Source of the DNA: the human T2T-CHM13v2.0 reference genome, Homo sapiens
Assembly (NCBI RefSeq): GCF_009914755.1
Contig: NC_060939.1
Reading direction: 5' to 3' (one strand)
Length of the DNA: 64,000 nucleotides
The translations under genes and the position numbers were made by a program. Each line of letters opens with the position of its first letter. The stretch's first letter is position 1. The notes below the pieces were generated by a model. That model made no database searches. It worked only from the letters and a program-made list of their open reading frames with translations, and was not told the origin of the DNA. This document shows, piece by piece, positions 30,499-46,288 of this stretch.

Positions 30499-32394
30499 TC
30501 AGAGCTAAATGTTGCTGGCTAGAAACATCCCTGGACCAGGACAGTTGGCCCATTAGTCATACCTTAGGGAGGTGGGATTGGGGGTAGCGGCTCAGCACTG
30601 CCCTGTGTTGGTGCTACAGGGGGGCTCAGGCCTGAGGACCTTCTGGGGGCCAGGCACTGGAGCTGCCCCCTTCACTGTGGAGGCCTCAACAAGTTCCTTC
30701 CCCTCTGTAGGCCTCACCCACCCCCCTACTTGGCGTTTTGCATGTCTCTGTGAGTCTTGGGGAGAAAAGACCCCCATGTGATCAACTCCTCTGAGGTCAG
30801 GCCTGGCAAGGCCAGGAGCACCTCTGGTGTGAAGTAGATGCTCACCCACCCCTCCCTGCGCTGCCCAGGACTTCAGGGCCCAGACCTCCCAAGCTAATGG
30901 CTAATGGCTAATGCAACCAGAAAATGAGCCCTCTCATTCTACGGCCGGCTCTCCCCAAATGGACTTGAGGAGAATGAGATCTAATGAAGTCTTTTCTATG
31001 GGATAGTTCCAAAGCTTCCCTGTGGTCAGCCGAGGGGCACCATGAGGAAGCATGTGTCTGGGCAACAGGCCCCTGTGTGTTGCCAGGCAAGCCTAAGGGG
31101 GTCCATGGAGGGCTTTGTGTCCAGGGGCTCTCAGTGGTGACACCAGCAGGGCCAGCAGTTTCTGAGGGGCTACCCACCCACACCTCTTCATTCCCACTCT
31201 AACTATGAGGTGTGTGTATGCGTGGGGCTGGGGGAGGCAGGAGCAGCTGCTTGAGGGACACCAAGGACAATTTGGTGAACACTGACACTAAAAGGAAAGC
31301 CAAGTTCATGGAGTCCAGTGGTCTCATCATACAGCTGGGAATACCGAGGCCCGGAGAGGGGAGGGACTAAGGTTATACCGTGATCAGCAGCTAAGCTGAT
31401 ATGGGAGCCCAGACTCTCTGTCTGCCCATGAGAAGTGTGTGTTTACAAAGCACATGCTTGGGATAAGGCTTCCCTATGTGTGGGTTGAAGGGTTGGGGTG
31501 AGCACGTTCATGCAACAGTCCGTGGCTGACAGCGCTAGGTGCCCATTTGGATTGCGCCCTATGGGGAAGATGTCCAACTTGATGGCTTCCTTGAGCACTC
31601 CATGCAAGGGGGAAAGTCAAACACAAGAGGCGGGGCCCAGCACAGTGCCCAGGTCCTTATGGAGGAGGTGGAGGAAGAGAAACAGGAGGGGTGGGCGAGG
31701 AGAAGTTTGCGGCTGAGCAGGGTCAGAAAAGGACCCTGGAGCACTGTTCCTCAGTGGATGGGCAAGCTCCGTTCTCTTGTGGGGACTTTTATTTCTTCCC
31801 CTTGGGAAACCATTCTGGGCTCCTGATGTGCCTTAGACCACAGATCTAACACACACTTGCAAAAGCACTCCAAGGAGGGCGAGCACCAACTCCCTCCCAC
31901 CCCAATGGGCGCTGCCAGCCCGGCACTGTGGGGCTCCAAGCTCAGCACCAGGTGAAGAACCAGTGTCTGCCGGACGACGGACTCACTGTGTGCAGAACAC
32001 GGTGCTAGGCCCTGCGGGAGTTCAGTGAGAGGATTAAGGAAGAAATAATTTACCATCTCAATGCATTGAGATTCCAACCCTGTGGGAAACTGCCTGATCT
32101 GAAAACCTTTACAGAAAGCAGGTAAATGTATGCAGATCTTCACGGCCTAAGTAATTTTCTAATAAGGCATGAAAATACAGCGAGTGGTTTGGGTGAGGAA
32201 GGAGGAGGCAGGCTTGAAGCAGGGCTTTCAGGGAGGGGAGGGGCAATGCCTGACATTAAAGACAGGGAGGGTTGTGGCTGGGAAGTACAGTGGTGAGTGC
32301 AAGAGGCCCAGGCCCTGGAGCCCCCAGCCTGCTTCACAGTCTGTGATCTCCCTTGGAGCTGTGGAAGGGTTTTTTGGTCTCCACAGTGAGCCGG

Positions 32395-32690
32395 CTTTTT
32401 AGAAATGGGCACATTGTAATTGTGTAGATTTATGGGTACAATTTGATGTGTCAATACAGATATGCTCCATAATGATCAACTCAGGGAAGTAGGACAACCA
32501 TCCCACATGCATGTATCATTTCTTATATGCAATGGAGTACTATTCAGCCATAAAAAGAATAAAATCCTGTCATTTGGAACAACACGGGTGAACCTGGAGG
32601 ATACCATGTTAAGTGAAGTAAGCCAGGCACAGACAGGCAAATAGCACTTGATCTCACTCACATGTGGAATCTAAAAAAAAAGTGAATTCA
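32395..32690. mobile_element. Short L1MA 3' fragment with internal inversion
   Basis: Antisense L1 3' terminus (~32395-32524) joined to sense ATGGAGTACTATTCAGCCATAAAAAAGAAT...ATGTGGAATCTAAAAA. Confidence 0.65.
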
Positions 32691-32982
32691 GGGCCTGGCC
32701 CAGTGGCCTGTAATCCCAGCACTTTGGGAGGCCAAAGTGGGCAGATCACCTGAGGTCAGGAGTTCAAGACCAGCCTGGTTAACATGGGTAAACCCCATCT
32801 CTATGAAAAATACAAAAATTAGCTGGATTTGGTGGCAGGCACCTGTAATCCCAGCTACTCTGGAGACTAAGGCAGGAGAATCACTTGAACCAGGAGGTAG
32901 AGATTGCAGTGAGCCGAGATTGTGCCATTGCACTCCAGCCTGGGCCACACACTCCATCTCAAAAAAAAAAAAAAAAAAAAAA
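32691..32982 (+). mobile_element. Alu (AluSx-type)
   Basis: Dimer and A-tail. Confidence 0.9.
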
Positions 32983-33319
32983 ATTTTGTTTAAATGTGCA
33001 CTCAGGAACCACCTGAGCGAGCATTCAGTGGTGCCCAGTGGAGTGCAGCTTGATCTTTGCTACTTCCCCTCATTCCTAGATGTTTTTGCAGGAACAACTC
33101 CTTTTATCATTTGGTTCTGTCTTGTTTCTCAGTATGGTGTCCTTGAGTGGAGTCTCAGTCACTCTCTCCACTGTGTGTAGCTCCCCTCTTAGACTGGGAA
33201 TGCTCTCAGCAGAGGTCTGCTGAGAGAGGGACAGAAGAGAGAAGGGAAGAAGCAAAACAAACTCCCAGTGTTGAGACCTTTCCTCAATACAGGTCTTATG
33301 TATTTCAGTCAAAGATATT

Positions 33320-33961
<642 letters not shown>

Positions 33962-34036
33962 ATAATCTACACTTTCAATTCCATTAATTTCAACAATACC
34001 CACCCTCCACTCACCTCCATAGTTTGGAAATTTTCA

Positions 34037-34325
<289 letters not shown>

Positions 34326-35721
34326 GAATGATGTAATCCCTACATGTTATGGGGAAAACACTAGCCTGGAGGTTCAGAGACCGGGGTTCTAGCTCATTCT
34401 GTCCAAAGTTATGTGATCTCTTATGGATGAGGATCCCTGATTCTCTTTAGGCCTTAACAATCCCCATCCTGAGGCATGGGAGGTGGACTTGGCTAATAAA
34501 TTCCAGGGCCTTCTGCACCTTTGACCTTCCAGTGCCATAGTAGAAGTCCATTGACCCGGCAGAGCACAGGGTGGGTGGGACCTGGGTGACTGGGTGCCAG
34601 GAGGAAGCCAGGCCTGGGGATATGGGGAGCACTGGTGAGGGCTCAGACTTGGCCTGCCTCACCCACTGCTGGGCTCGGGGCCAGCCCTGTCCACATTAGC
34701 TTCCTGGCTGGTCCAAAGCCCTAGGCAGAGTCTGCAGGTGGGATGTGCCAGTCCCTGTCATAATGCCTGCTCTGGGGTGAGCCTCCTGGAGGCCTCAAGC
34801 AGTGGCCTTCCTGGGCAGGCTGAGGCAGGACAGGGCAGGGCAGGCCTGGGGGACCGGGAAGGGGCAGAGGTCAGGGCAGGGTGGCTGCAGAATGGGATGC
34901 AATGTCCTCAACCCAGAGGCTCCCTTGGCCCTACTTGCCCCAGCTCATGAGAGCCTGGATTCTGAGATCTGCCAGGACTGGGGCTCAGCACTGCCTATGG
35001 AAACAGGTGTGGCAGGGAAAAAAATTATAACCAAATATTTGTAGTTACATCTTCTCCCTTCTGGAAAGGGAGGGTCCCTTGTTTGTGGGCCCTTGGCCTC
35101 CTGGACATTATTGTGTGGTGAAGGGAGAAAGGTTGAGATGCAGAGTTAGAGAAACTAAGAGGGTCCACTTGAGGAAAGATGGGGGAACCCCAGGAGGGGA
35201 GGAGGGGACACCCTGGGGAAGTGGGGGGCTTTCCAGGGAGGCCAAGAAGGTGGGGCAGGATGCAGAAAGTCAGAGCACAGTTCTGAGTTTTGGAGACAGC
35301 AAGAGAAAAGAGGGAGGGATTTGGATAACTAAAGGACTGGGCTTGTGGAGAGAAACGTTTAGAGATTTGGGAGATAGTGTATCATGTGATGTATTATGAA
35401 AACCCCTTCTTCATATCCCTAGAAAACCACCACTGATGATTTATGGTACAATTCAGTGCTTTTGCAGAGAGATTGGTGTCTCTCTTTTTTTTTTAATAAC
35501 GCATTGGCTTGGCTCCATTTAAATTACAGGCAGACATCTTCAGCAGATTTTATTCATGTTCCATTAGCTAAATATTGGGTTTCCTATTTTCTGGGTTGCC
35601 TGAAACCACTTTGTAGGCCCTTCCACAGTGGGAGGCACCTCAGAAATCACCTCTTTGGCCTGCAGCTCCATCTTCCCAAGCTCTGGGGTTTCTTGAATGA
35701 GTGGCCTCGTTCAGAAGATAA

Positions 35722-35900
35722 TATAGCATCCCTAATCCGAAAATCCGAAATTGGAAATGGTTCAAAATCCAAAACTGTTTGAGTGCCGACATGATGCTCG
35801 AAGGCCAGGTTCAAAGGAAATGCTCATTGGAGCATTTTGGATTTCAGATTTTCAAATTCCAAAATCTGAAAAAAAAAATCTAAAATCCAAAATACTTCTC
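35722..35900. mobile_element. MER46/Tigger4-type Tc1-mariner MITE
   Basis: GCATCCCTAATCCGAAAATCCGAAA...GAGTGCCGACATGATGCTC...GGAGCATTTTGGATTTCAG. Confidence 0.75.
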
Positions 35901-37809
35901 TAATTGTATCCTGGGATTGCAGTTGGGTCCTGACCTGCCAGCTAAGGCAGTGAGCAGTCAATAGCGGCTCTCCATGCACCCCTTCCGCGCCTCACCCTCC
36001 CACGGGCTCCCTGCTGGTTGGACTAGTGCATCAGCCCCCAGCCTCCCCTTGCACCTGCTGGAAAGCGGGCATGATGCTCCTGCCCTGCCTTCCTGGATCC
36101 TGGAACACTGTGACAATTGCAGGATTCCAGCCAGGGAAAATGCTACACGGTAGAAGTACTTGGTACACAAAGTTCCTCCAAAGAGGAGGTTCCAGCAATG
36201 GCACAGCAGCCCTGGGAGAGTCTGTGACTGTGTCCACGCCTCCAGCTCTGGCCCCTGCCTCTTGGGGAGCTGCTCAGCATCGCCCTCAGAGTGAGAGGAA
36301 GTGGGCCTCAAGCTCAGGCCTGCTTCTCCTTCCCCATGGCCTTCCTGTGGCCTCTGACCCATCTGTGAAATGAGGGCAGTAGTGTCTTCTTCAGTGCGCT
36401 GCTGGGAGGTCAGAGAGAATGGATGCAAAGTGCCGAACACAAACCCCCAGCACTGGGAGGTGCTCCCTCTACGGCACCTTGAATCCCAGTCCAGAATGCA
36501 GCGCACAAGACATTTGATCTTAAATTTCTTGATCTTAAATGCAACACTTGAGTTTCTGAAGTCAAGGTCCCCTTCCTGGGCAGTCAGGTATGCCTTAGCG
36601 CTCTGGTCCTATGTGAAGTCTGGGGGCTTGGTATGCAGGGAGATACCTGTCCTCTGTCATCCTTCCACCTTGGTTGCCACTGAGACATCCATTTTTCTCT
36701 CCATCGTTTCTGTTCTGTGGCAGGCCCAGGATCACCCCAGAGACACCATTGTTGCCGGGGGTGAAAGGAAATGCTATGCAAGAGAGTCAGGGGTCCCCCT
36801 GCCTCCTGCCTCCATCCCTCCCTCTGCTGTACCATATCCTCCCCCACAGCAGTGAAGTTTAGAGCTGCCGCTGGCTGGAATGAGGGGGAAGGCAGGAAGG
36901 AGAAAACCTGTTAATATTTCAAAGCTTGCTTCCATCCCAGTGACCTATATGTCTGAATATAAATGTTTCTTTGAGCCATCCTTCTGCCCCACCACAGCAG
37001 TGAGGCCACAGGAGAGAGGGAAGACATTTAGGAAGAGATGAGTTCATAGAGGGGAGGGAGAGATGAGGGAGCTCTCAGAGGCCATCTGGATAGTGTACTT
37101 CCCATTCCCCCATGGGGACACGTGTATGGCCCCCTTCCTAATTACTTTGCGTGCTTTAAAGCCAATTAGCGGAGAGCGCTAATGGGATTTCACAGAGGGG
37201 CTCCCTGGCCATATGGCTCAGGGCCTCCCTGGGTGCACCGGGGATGGCATTTGGGAAGCTCAGGGAGTGACAGATGGGTTTGGTGACATTCAGGAAATTA
37301 TGCAGACCTGCTCAGTCCTGGGCCTGGGGCCCTGATTCATGGCAGGCCTTGGGAAGTCAGGGGCCAGGGAGGGAGGACAAATGTGAATTAATGATCACAG
37401 GAGTGTGTTCCACCAGCCCCCTTTGGAACTCAAGGGCCCTTTAAATAAAGCAGAGTGTAGATGGGTTTCCTGAGGCTTCTCCCACCCCAGGGCTGCCTTG
37501 TGCAGGGAGGTGGAGGAGGAACTTCCCCGGACTCCATAAAGAATATGCAGAGTGGAACCTGCTCTGTCGCTTGCTTGGGCAAATCGCTTCTCCTTTCTAA
37601 GCCTCAGGTTCCTGTCTGTGAAACAGGATAAACCACCTCTCCTAACAGTGTGGATTCATTGAGATCATGGGTGGAAATTCACCTGGCCATGCTTGATACA
37701 ATATGAATGCTGAATATAGCTAGCAGGCCACTGTCCTCACTGCCCTGGGCCAAATGAAAAGCATGCTGAAATAGAGACCCCAGCGTGGGGGCAGTGGCAG
37801 GAAGGATAA

Positions 37810-38480
37810 AACAGTCACCCACCCCTGAACCCACACCCCCAGGGAGGTGCCTGCAGGAGGAGGCATTGAAACAGGAACCTGGAGAATGAGAAAGACTTCA
37901 GAAGGAAGAGAAAGGGAGAAGGCAGTCCCCGTGTCCAGAGGGGCATAAGCAAAGGCTCTGAGACAGGAAAGCATCCCCTGGTTCTGAGGACGAGGCTCCT
38001 TATGCATTGGAAATGAGAATAGAATGACAAGTGGTGGGTCTTGGGTGTTCCATGAAAACATAGGCTTTATTGTGTAGGCCATGGGGAGCCCTGAAAATTT
38101 TTGAGGAGGTAAATAGCAGGATATGACCTATGTGTTGGAAGCATAGATTGGAGGGGGCAAGACTGGAGCCAGAAAGGCCAATTCAGGCGAGAGGGGATGG
38201 GAAGGGCTGGGAGTCAAGAGAGGCCATGGGTGTTGTGATGATGGACTCAACAGGTCTCGGTAAGTAATGGCCATGCAGGTGGGGGTGGGGGGTCTAAGAC
38301 GATGCCCAGCAGCTTGATAGGAATTCTTAGGGGCTGAAAGGGCTGTACAGAGATTGGAGTCAGGATTAGGGGAGCAGCAGGCAAGAGCGGGGTGATGAGT
38401 TTGTGTTTGGATGTGGTGAATTGGAGGAGGCCGTCCAGGCCATTACCAGCAGCTGCGTGGGACTAAATCCCAGGGATCCG
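37810..38480 (-). mobile_element. L2 fragment
   Basis: GCAAAGGCTCTGAGACAGGAAAG; ATGAGTTTGTGTTTGGATGTGGTGAATTGGAG. Confidence 0.55.
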
Positions 38481-38759
38481 TAAGAGTTACTTGCTTGGGG
38501 TTCCCTATCCTCCCCAAGATCGCGGCACTGTTGAGTGGGCAACCCACACCTGGGTGTTGGCCGTGGGGGTTCTGGGCAGCCCCAGCTGAATGCTGTGTGA
38601 CCTGGCTTCATTGCGTCCCTCACCTCCCATGCTGTGTGCTCCAGTGGGCCCAGGACAGGGGTTCTCTGAAGTGTGGGGCTCAGCTGTTCCACCTCCTCTG
38701 CCACACCCCGGGGGTCAGTGTCCCTCTTTGTGGGTGCCATGGCTCTGCTCCCCCTAGAC

Positions 38760-39052
38760 TTTGTTTTTTTTTGAGACAGAGTCTCACTCTGTCGCCCAGA
38801 CTGGAGTTCAGTGGTGGGATCTCAGCTCTCTGCAACCTCCGCCTTCCAGGTTCAAGGAATTCCCGTGCCTCTACCTCCCAAGTGGCTGGAATTGCTGGCA
38901 CGCGCCACCACACCCAGCTAAGTTGTATTTTTAGTAGAGACAGGGTTTCGCCATGTTGGTCAGACTGATCTCAAACTCCTGGCCTCAAGTGATCTGCCTG
39001 CCTCGGCCTCCCAAAGTGCTAGGATTATAGGCATGAGTCACCGCACCTGGCC
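38760..39052 (-). mobile_element. Alu (AluS/J-type)
   Basis: Reverse-complement Alu. Confidence 0.9.
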
Positions 39053-39180
39053 AAGTCCCCCAGATTTTGTAGCTTCACCTTGTCAGGATCTCCATGTCAG
39101 CTGCAGAGAACGTCCCTCAGGATGGCTACCTGGGGATTGCCTCCCCACACACTCTAATTAAAAAAATAAATAAAAATAAA

Positions 39181-39489
<309 letters not shown>

Positions 39490-40369
39490 GATAAATTTAA
39501 TCTCCCTTATTGGACTCAATGATTAAAAATGGAATTGGAGTTTTTACTCTCATGCTCCCTGGCTTGAGTGAGCTGTGCAGAGGCAGCAGGGGCAGCACCA
39601 GCAGCCTTCAGACAGCTCACAAGGCCTGGCAAGGAGATGTATTTAGGCTTTCCCAGGTGTTACCAGGAGAAGCAAGCTGCTGTCCGGGAAAAGGCAAAGG
39701 TCAACATTTGCAACCTGGGATTTCATTGAAAAGAATATCTGGGAAATTACCACTGACTGAACAACTGATTCAGAGAATGATTAGATGTTCTAACCACACA
39801 CACACTTATTCTCTCCTTAGACTTTATAATCCTCATTCGACGAGCATCATTCATCCAATAAGCTCTTACTGAGCGTCTTCTTCTGTGTCAAATGTTGTGC
39901 CAGGCTTTGGGGACACAGATGTGAAGACAGGATTACACATGGAGGAACCTGGACTTTGGGGTACCTCAGGGTACAGAGTGTAATCCCACCCCTTTATCAC
40001 CTATGCCAAGCCAATCATGGAATGGTATGCCCCCAGCCTCAATGATGGCTTCCGAAGTGGGAACTTGACCTTAAGTGTTCTGAGCAGAGAAAAACCTAGG
40101 ACTTTTGTCCCATGGCAAAGGAAAAAGAGCTTTCTTCTGGATGCTGCAGAAGGTAGATGTGATACCTGGCACAGCTGCAGTCATTTTATGACTATGAGGA
40201 AGGCTGGAGGACAGAAAAGGAAACAGAAGAGAGAAGAGCCCTGATCCAATTCTGCCTACACATGGCGGGTTGCCAGACTACAGTTTGAACAGCCTACACA
40301 TTCCTTTTAAATAAAAGGAAGTGATTTAAATAAATCAATCTGTAGCCAAGAGCTCTAACTGAAATGGGC

Positions 40370-40555
40370 AAGTATTATGTGCCTGCCATTTACATGACAA
40401 ATTTAATTGAGTCCTCACAACAGCTTTTTAATGTAGAAATTGACAACCTCATTTTACAGATGAAAATATCAAACCTGGTGGTGAAATGACTTTCTGAGGT
40501 CGCCCCATTACATAAGTAAGGGATTTGGGTTCTAGAAGTTTGACTCCAACACCTT
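40370..40555 (-). mobile_element. MIR
   Basis: CCTCACAACAGC...CTCATTTTACAGATGA. Confidence 0.65.
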
Positions 40556-41744
40556 TTTGCTGCAATACAAAGCTGCTTACTGTGTTGCATGGGAAACTTC
40601 ATCAAATTCTTCTCTCTCTTTGGGATCCTCCTGGGATTGTTTTTCCTGTTTTTGTTTTTGAAACTAGAGAATGGATCAAGTTTCATTGCTGGGTTGACAA
40701 GGGCATGCAGGGGCACAGGCCATGTGAGGCATGATGCCAGACCCCAGGCCCTTGCAGAGAGTTTGGGGAAGCCTTCAGGACGTGTGGAATTGCAGAGGCA
40801 GGACCACAATTAGCTAGATCTGAAGAGGCAGGGGACCCAGCTGCCATCTGGGCTCTGAGTAGAAAAAGAGAAATCAGAGCCTTATAGAAAAGACATCTGT
40901 ACCTTGTTCTGCAGACAGACTTCCTGCTATGATGCACCTCCTTATTTTTTGCATACGGAGCAGGCTTGACATTTATGTAGATTGATTCCAACTTGGCATT
41001 TTGACCAAAGGCGCTATTAACCCTTTCCCTCCCGTCCTGGGGGAAAAATGGCTTGTGGGGCCTGACCCACAAGTGACCCCATCAGGCTGTTCCGGCCCTT
41101 TTCTGGCCTAGTCTCTGGCTGGGAATGGATGGCTTCTTTATGACCCTGAGGAGGTATGGCCAACAGGAAGCACAGTCGCTCTCTTCTGAGCTCATTTTTC
41201 ACCCTGGCTGGTTTTGCTGGAGATGCAACCAAAGCTAAATCTCAATTTTGGGGGCAGGAGGAGCCGTCGGTGGAGTCATCTGCACCTGGGCTGTTAGATA
41301 AAACCTCCATGCAGCCTCTAGAAGCCAAACTCAAGATTTAAAGGGGAAGAGCTTTATTTTGTTGACAATTGCTTTACAATTCACTTAGTAACACGCCACG
41401 TCTTTGTACAGAGGTATGCACTTTCACACTGCTGCTCCATCCGATCCTAGTTACATCCCTAAAAGGGGACAGGCATGTGTCAGGATCCTCTTTTCACTCT
41501 GAGGATACTGAAGCCCAGAGAGGTCAAGCCAGTTGCCCTACTTTGCACAGCTGTTCAATGGTCAAGTCAGTGGTTTTAGCCTCTGACAATCCAGCGGCCT
41601 TTCTATTACACCGCACTGCCTTTCATGCAGATTTAGAGGGAAACAGAAAGAATCTGTGCTCCAGTGCACCGTCTCCCCGTAGGACTGTGAGCTGCTCAAG
41701 GCAGGGTGGTAATGGAGTCACATCTGGGCAGCATGACGTGGAGC

Positions 41745-41982
41745 ACCACTGATATTTGGGAGTCCATTTGGGACTGGATAATTTTTTGTTTTACAGACAT
41801 TTAAACGAGTCTGCCTTTAGCATTCCTGGACCCTGGTCACTAAACCCCAACAGTGCCTCCTCATTCTTATAAAACCCTCCTCCCCACAAAAAAAAAAGCC
41901 CCAGACATTTCCAAATCTCCCAGGGTGGAGGGAACAGAGTGGAGTAGAAGTGGGCAGTACCACCCTTGGTTGAGAACCCAGT
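41745..41982. mobile_element. MER20-like hAT MITE
   Basis: GGACTGGATAATTTTTTG...CCAGACATTTCCAAAT...GGTTGAGAACC. Confidence 0.65.
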
Positions 41983-42439
41983 CTTTGGAATAAGATGGCT
42001 GAGGTTTCAAACCTTGTCTCTGCTCTCCCTAGCAGGGTGACCTCGGAGGTCTGGCTTCCTGATTCAGAACATTTACCCCAGAGAGTAATCAGGAAGATGA
42101 AACGAGCTAATGGACCCAAAGCACGAAGCTCCATGCCAACATGAGATGTTTTGATCAAGTAACTAATAAAAATAACAAATGAAATCCTGTCGCATTAAGA
42201 GTTGGCCCTAGTATGTTTACAGTAGGTGTTCCATAAATGTGGCTTTCTTCTTCTGCATTCTCAGCATCTACCTCAACAACCACATCAACAAAAACAAACA
42301 TTTATTGGCTTACTTTTTATACATAAAGCATTTAGCAAAGAATTTGACACATTGCCCCATTTATTCCCACAACAGCCCTATGAGGTAGTTATATTATTGT
42401 CCCTATCTTACAAATGTGGGAACTGAGAGCAGAGATTGA

Positions 42440-42640
42440 TTAACTGTAGCCTGTGGGCCAAATCCAGCCACTGCCCGTTGTTACTGGAACATAGCCTTGT
42501 TCATTCATTCATGTGTTGTCTATGGCTGCTGCCATTTACATTGAGTAGTTGCTTGCAGCAGAAACCATATATGGCCTGCATAGCCTAAAATATTCAGTGT
42601 CTAACCCTTTATAGGAAGAGTTTACTGACTTCTACTCTAG
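42440..42640. mobile_element. MER58A-like MITE inside a MIR
   Basis: GCCTGTGGGCCAAATCCAGCC...AGCCTAAAATATT...GAAGAGTTTACTGAC. Confidence 0.7.
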
Positions 42641-42829
42641 AAGGTTAATTTATAAGGTGACAAAACTAGTTATGGTGGAGGCATGAGTCCAACTCCGTTC
42701 AGTTTGATTCCAAAGCTCAGGCTCTTGGTTGTCACATACTCCCACTGGAGGCGGTGGATTTTCATTAAGTGGTCGTTAGACACTGAAATCGTAAAACATT
42801 TATTTTAAAATAGATTATGTTATATATTT

Positions 42830-43215
42830 GGTTTTTATTGTGGTAAAATGTCTGTAATGTAAAACATACCATTTAACCATTTTTAAGTGTACAGTTCACT
42901 GCCATTAAGTGCATTCACAATGCTGTACAACCATCACCATTATCCATTTCCAGAACTTTTTCATCATTCCAGACAGAAACGCTGTAGCCATTCCACAGTA
43001 ACTCCCCATTCCCTCTCCCCCAGCCCCTAATAATCACTATTCTACTTTTGTCTCTGTGAATTTGCCTATTTTAGGTACCTAATGTAAGTGGACTCATAAA
43101 GATTTGTCTTTTTGTCTCTTATTCCATTTAGCATGTTTTCCAGGTTCATCTATGTTGTAAGATGTATCAGAATTTTATTCCTTTTTAAGGCAGAATAATG
43201 TCCCATTGTGTGTAG
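42830..43215 (-). mobile_element. L1MB-type 3' end
   Basis: AACCATTTTTAAGTGTACAGTTCA...CAGAACTTTTTCATCA...GAATAATGTCCCATTGTGTG. Confidence 0.8.
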
Positions 43216-43218
43216 TGT

Positions 43219-43892
43219 CAGATGTTCCTCCATTTACTGTGGAGTTACTTCCCAATAAACCCACTGTAAAAGAAAAATATTGTAAGTCACAAATGCAATT
43301 AATACACCCAACTTACTGAACCTCATAGCTTAGCCCAGCCCACATTAAACATGGTCAGAACACTTACATTAGCCTACAGCTGGGCAATATCATCTAACAC
43401 GAAGCCTATATTATAATCAGATGTTGACTATCTCATGTAATTTATTGAATACTGAAAGTGAAAATCAGAATGGTTATATGTGTACTTGAAGTACAGTTCC
43501 TGTTGAATGTGTATCACTTTTGCACCATTGTAAAGTCAAAAAATATTAATTCAAACCATTGTGGGGCAGGGCATGTTGGCTCACGCCTGTAATCCCAGCA
43601 CTTTGGGAAGCCAAGGCAGGTGAGTCACCTGAGGTCAGGAGTTCAAGACCAGCCTGACCAATGTGGTGAAACCCCGTCTCTACTAAATACAAAAAATTAG
43701 CCATGGGTGGTGGTACATGCCTATAATCCCAGCTACTTGGGAGGCTGAGGCAGGAGAATCACTTGAACCTGAGAGGCAGAGATTGCATTGAGCCAAGATT
43801 GTGCCATTTACTCCAGCCTGAGCAACAAGAGCAAAACTTCATCTCAAAAAAAAAAAAAAAAAATACAACATCATAAGCTGGGGACCATCTGT
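43219..43892. mobile_element. MER47-type Tigger MITE, interrupted by an Alu
   Basis: CAGATGTTCCTC...ATAAACCCACTGTAA...GAACACTTACATTAGCCTACAG...GGGACCATCTG TIRs. Confidence 0.75.
43564..43863 (+). mobile_element. Alu (AluS-type)
   Basis: Dimer and A-tail. Confidence 0.95.
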
Positions 43893-44162
43893 GTTTGTTT
43901 TTGAATAGATAGTACATGCATAGAGTACAAAATTCAAAAGATGCAAAGGACCTAGAGTGAAGAGTGAATCTCTCTCCTATCCCTTCCCCCTCCAGGCCCC
44001 AGCTCCCCTCCCAAGAGACAACCAGTGTTACTGCATTCTTGTGTATCTTTTCTGAGAGGGTCTAAGCATGCTCAGCATCTAGGTTTCAATAGTATTTTTA
44101 AATATATTTTCACACAAGTATTACTACACCTGGCATATTGTTCCTGCATCTTTCTGATAACC

Positions 44163-44455
44163 TTTTTCTTTCTTGAGACAGGGTTTTGCTCTGTCACCAA
44201 GGCTGCAGTGTAGTGACACAATCATAGCTCACTGCAGCCTCGACCTCACCTACTCAAGCAATCCTCCCACCTCAGCCTCCCAAGTAGCTGAGAACACAAG
44301 TGTGTGCCATCACACCCGACTAATTTTTTTGCTTTTGTAGAGATGTGGTCTCACTATGTTGCCCAGGCTGGTCTCAAACTCCTGAGCTTAAGCCATCCTT
44401 CTGCCTGAGCTTCCCAAAGTGCTGGGATTGCAGGTGTGAGCCACTGTGCCTGGTG
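44163..44455 (-). mobile_element. Alu (AluJ-type)
   Basis: Reverse-complement Alu. Confidence 0.9.
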
Positions 44456-44645
44456 GCTCACACATTAAGTATTCTTAATAATATGTCTTGCAGATTGTTT
44501 TGTATCATTATATCTAGAGCTATCTCACTCAACAACTGCATATAATCCCACTGCATGAATGTATCATGATTTATTTATCTGGTCATTATAAGTAGACATT
44601 TAGGTTGTTTTTAATCTTTTTCAGTTATGAACAGCTCTATAGTGA

Positions 44646-45286
<641 letters not shown>

Positions 45287-45317
45287 CCCTTCCTCTAACC
45301 CAGAGTTTCTCTTTGAC

Positions 45318-45625
45318 TTTTTTCTTTTCTTTTTTTTTTTTTGAGACTTAAGTCTTGCTTTGTCACCCAGGCTGGAGTGCAAGGGTGCAATCTCAGCTCA
45401 CTGCAATCTCCGGCTCTCGGGTTCAAGTGATTCTTGTACCTCAGCCTCCTAGGTAGCTGGGACTATGGGCACCTGCCACCACACTTGGCTAATTTTTGTA
45501 TTTTTGGTAGAGATGGGGTTTTACCATGTTGGCCAGGCTGGTCTCAAACTCTTGACCTCAGGTGATTTGCCTGCCTCAGCCTCCCAAAGTGCTGGGATTA
45601 CAGGCATGAGCCACCGCACCTGGCC
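45318..45625 (-). mobile_element. Alu (AluS-type)
   Basis: Reverse-complement Alu. Confidence 0.9.
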
Positions 45626-45915
45626 TCTCTGACATTTTGGACTAGATAGACCTTTTTTCTATCTAGTTCTTTACCTCAATGTAGAGGTCACAATGTCAGG
45701 CTAAGGCTTTCTAATAAAGCTTCTGGTTGTCATGTAGTGGGAGAGAGGAGAGCTGAAATCAGTATTGTGAGATATGGCTGAAATGTCTGCTGTAGCTCCA
45801 GGTGAGAGAGGCCCAAGACCTAGCATGGGAACAAAACCTCCCAAGATCTGGCAAGCCAAGCAAGTTTCTGCTTTCTTGATGTTCCTCTCTGATGCATAAA
45901 GATCACAGCTTTTGC

Positions 45916-46288
<373 letters not shown>

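Noticed and set aside
35958-36855. 182-aa and 161-aa ORFs on opposite strands
   Set aside because: No homology recognised and no convincing exon structure.
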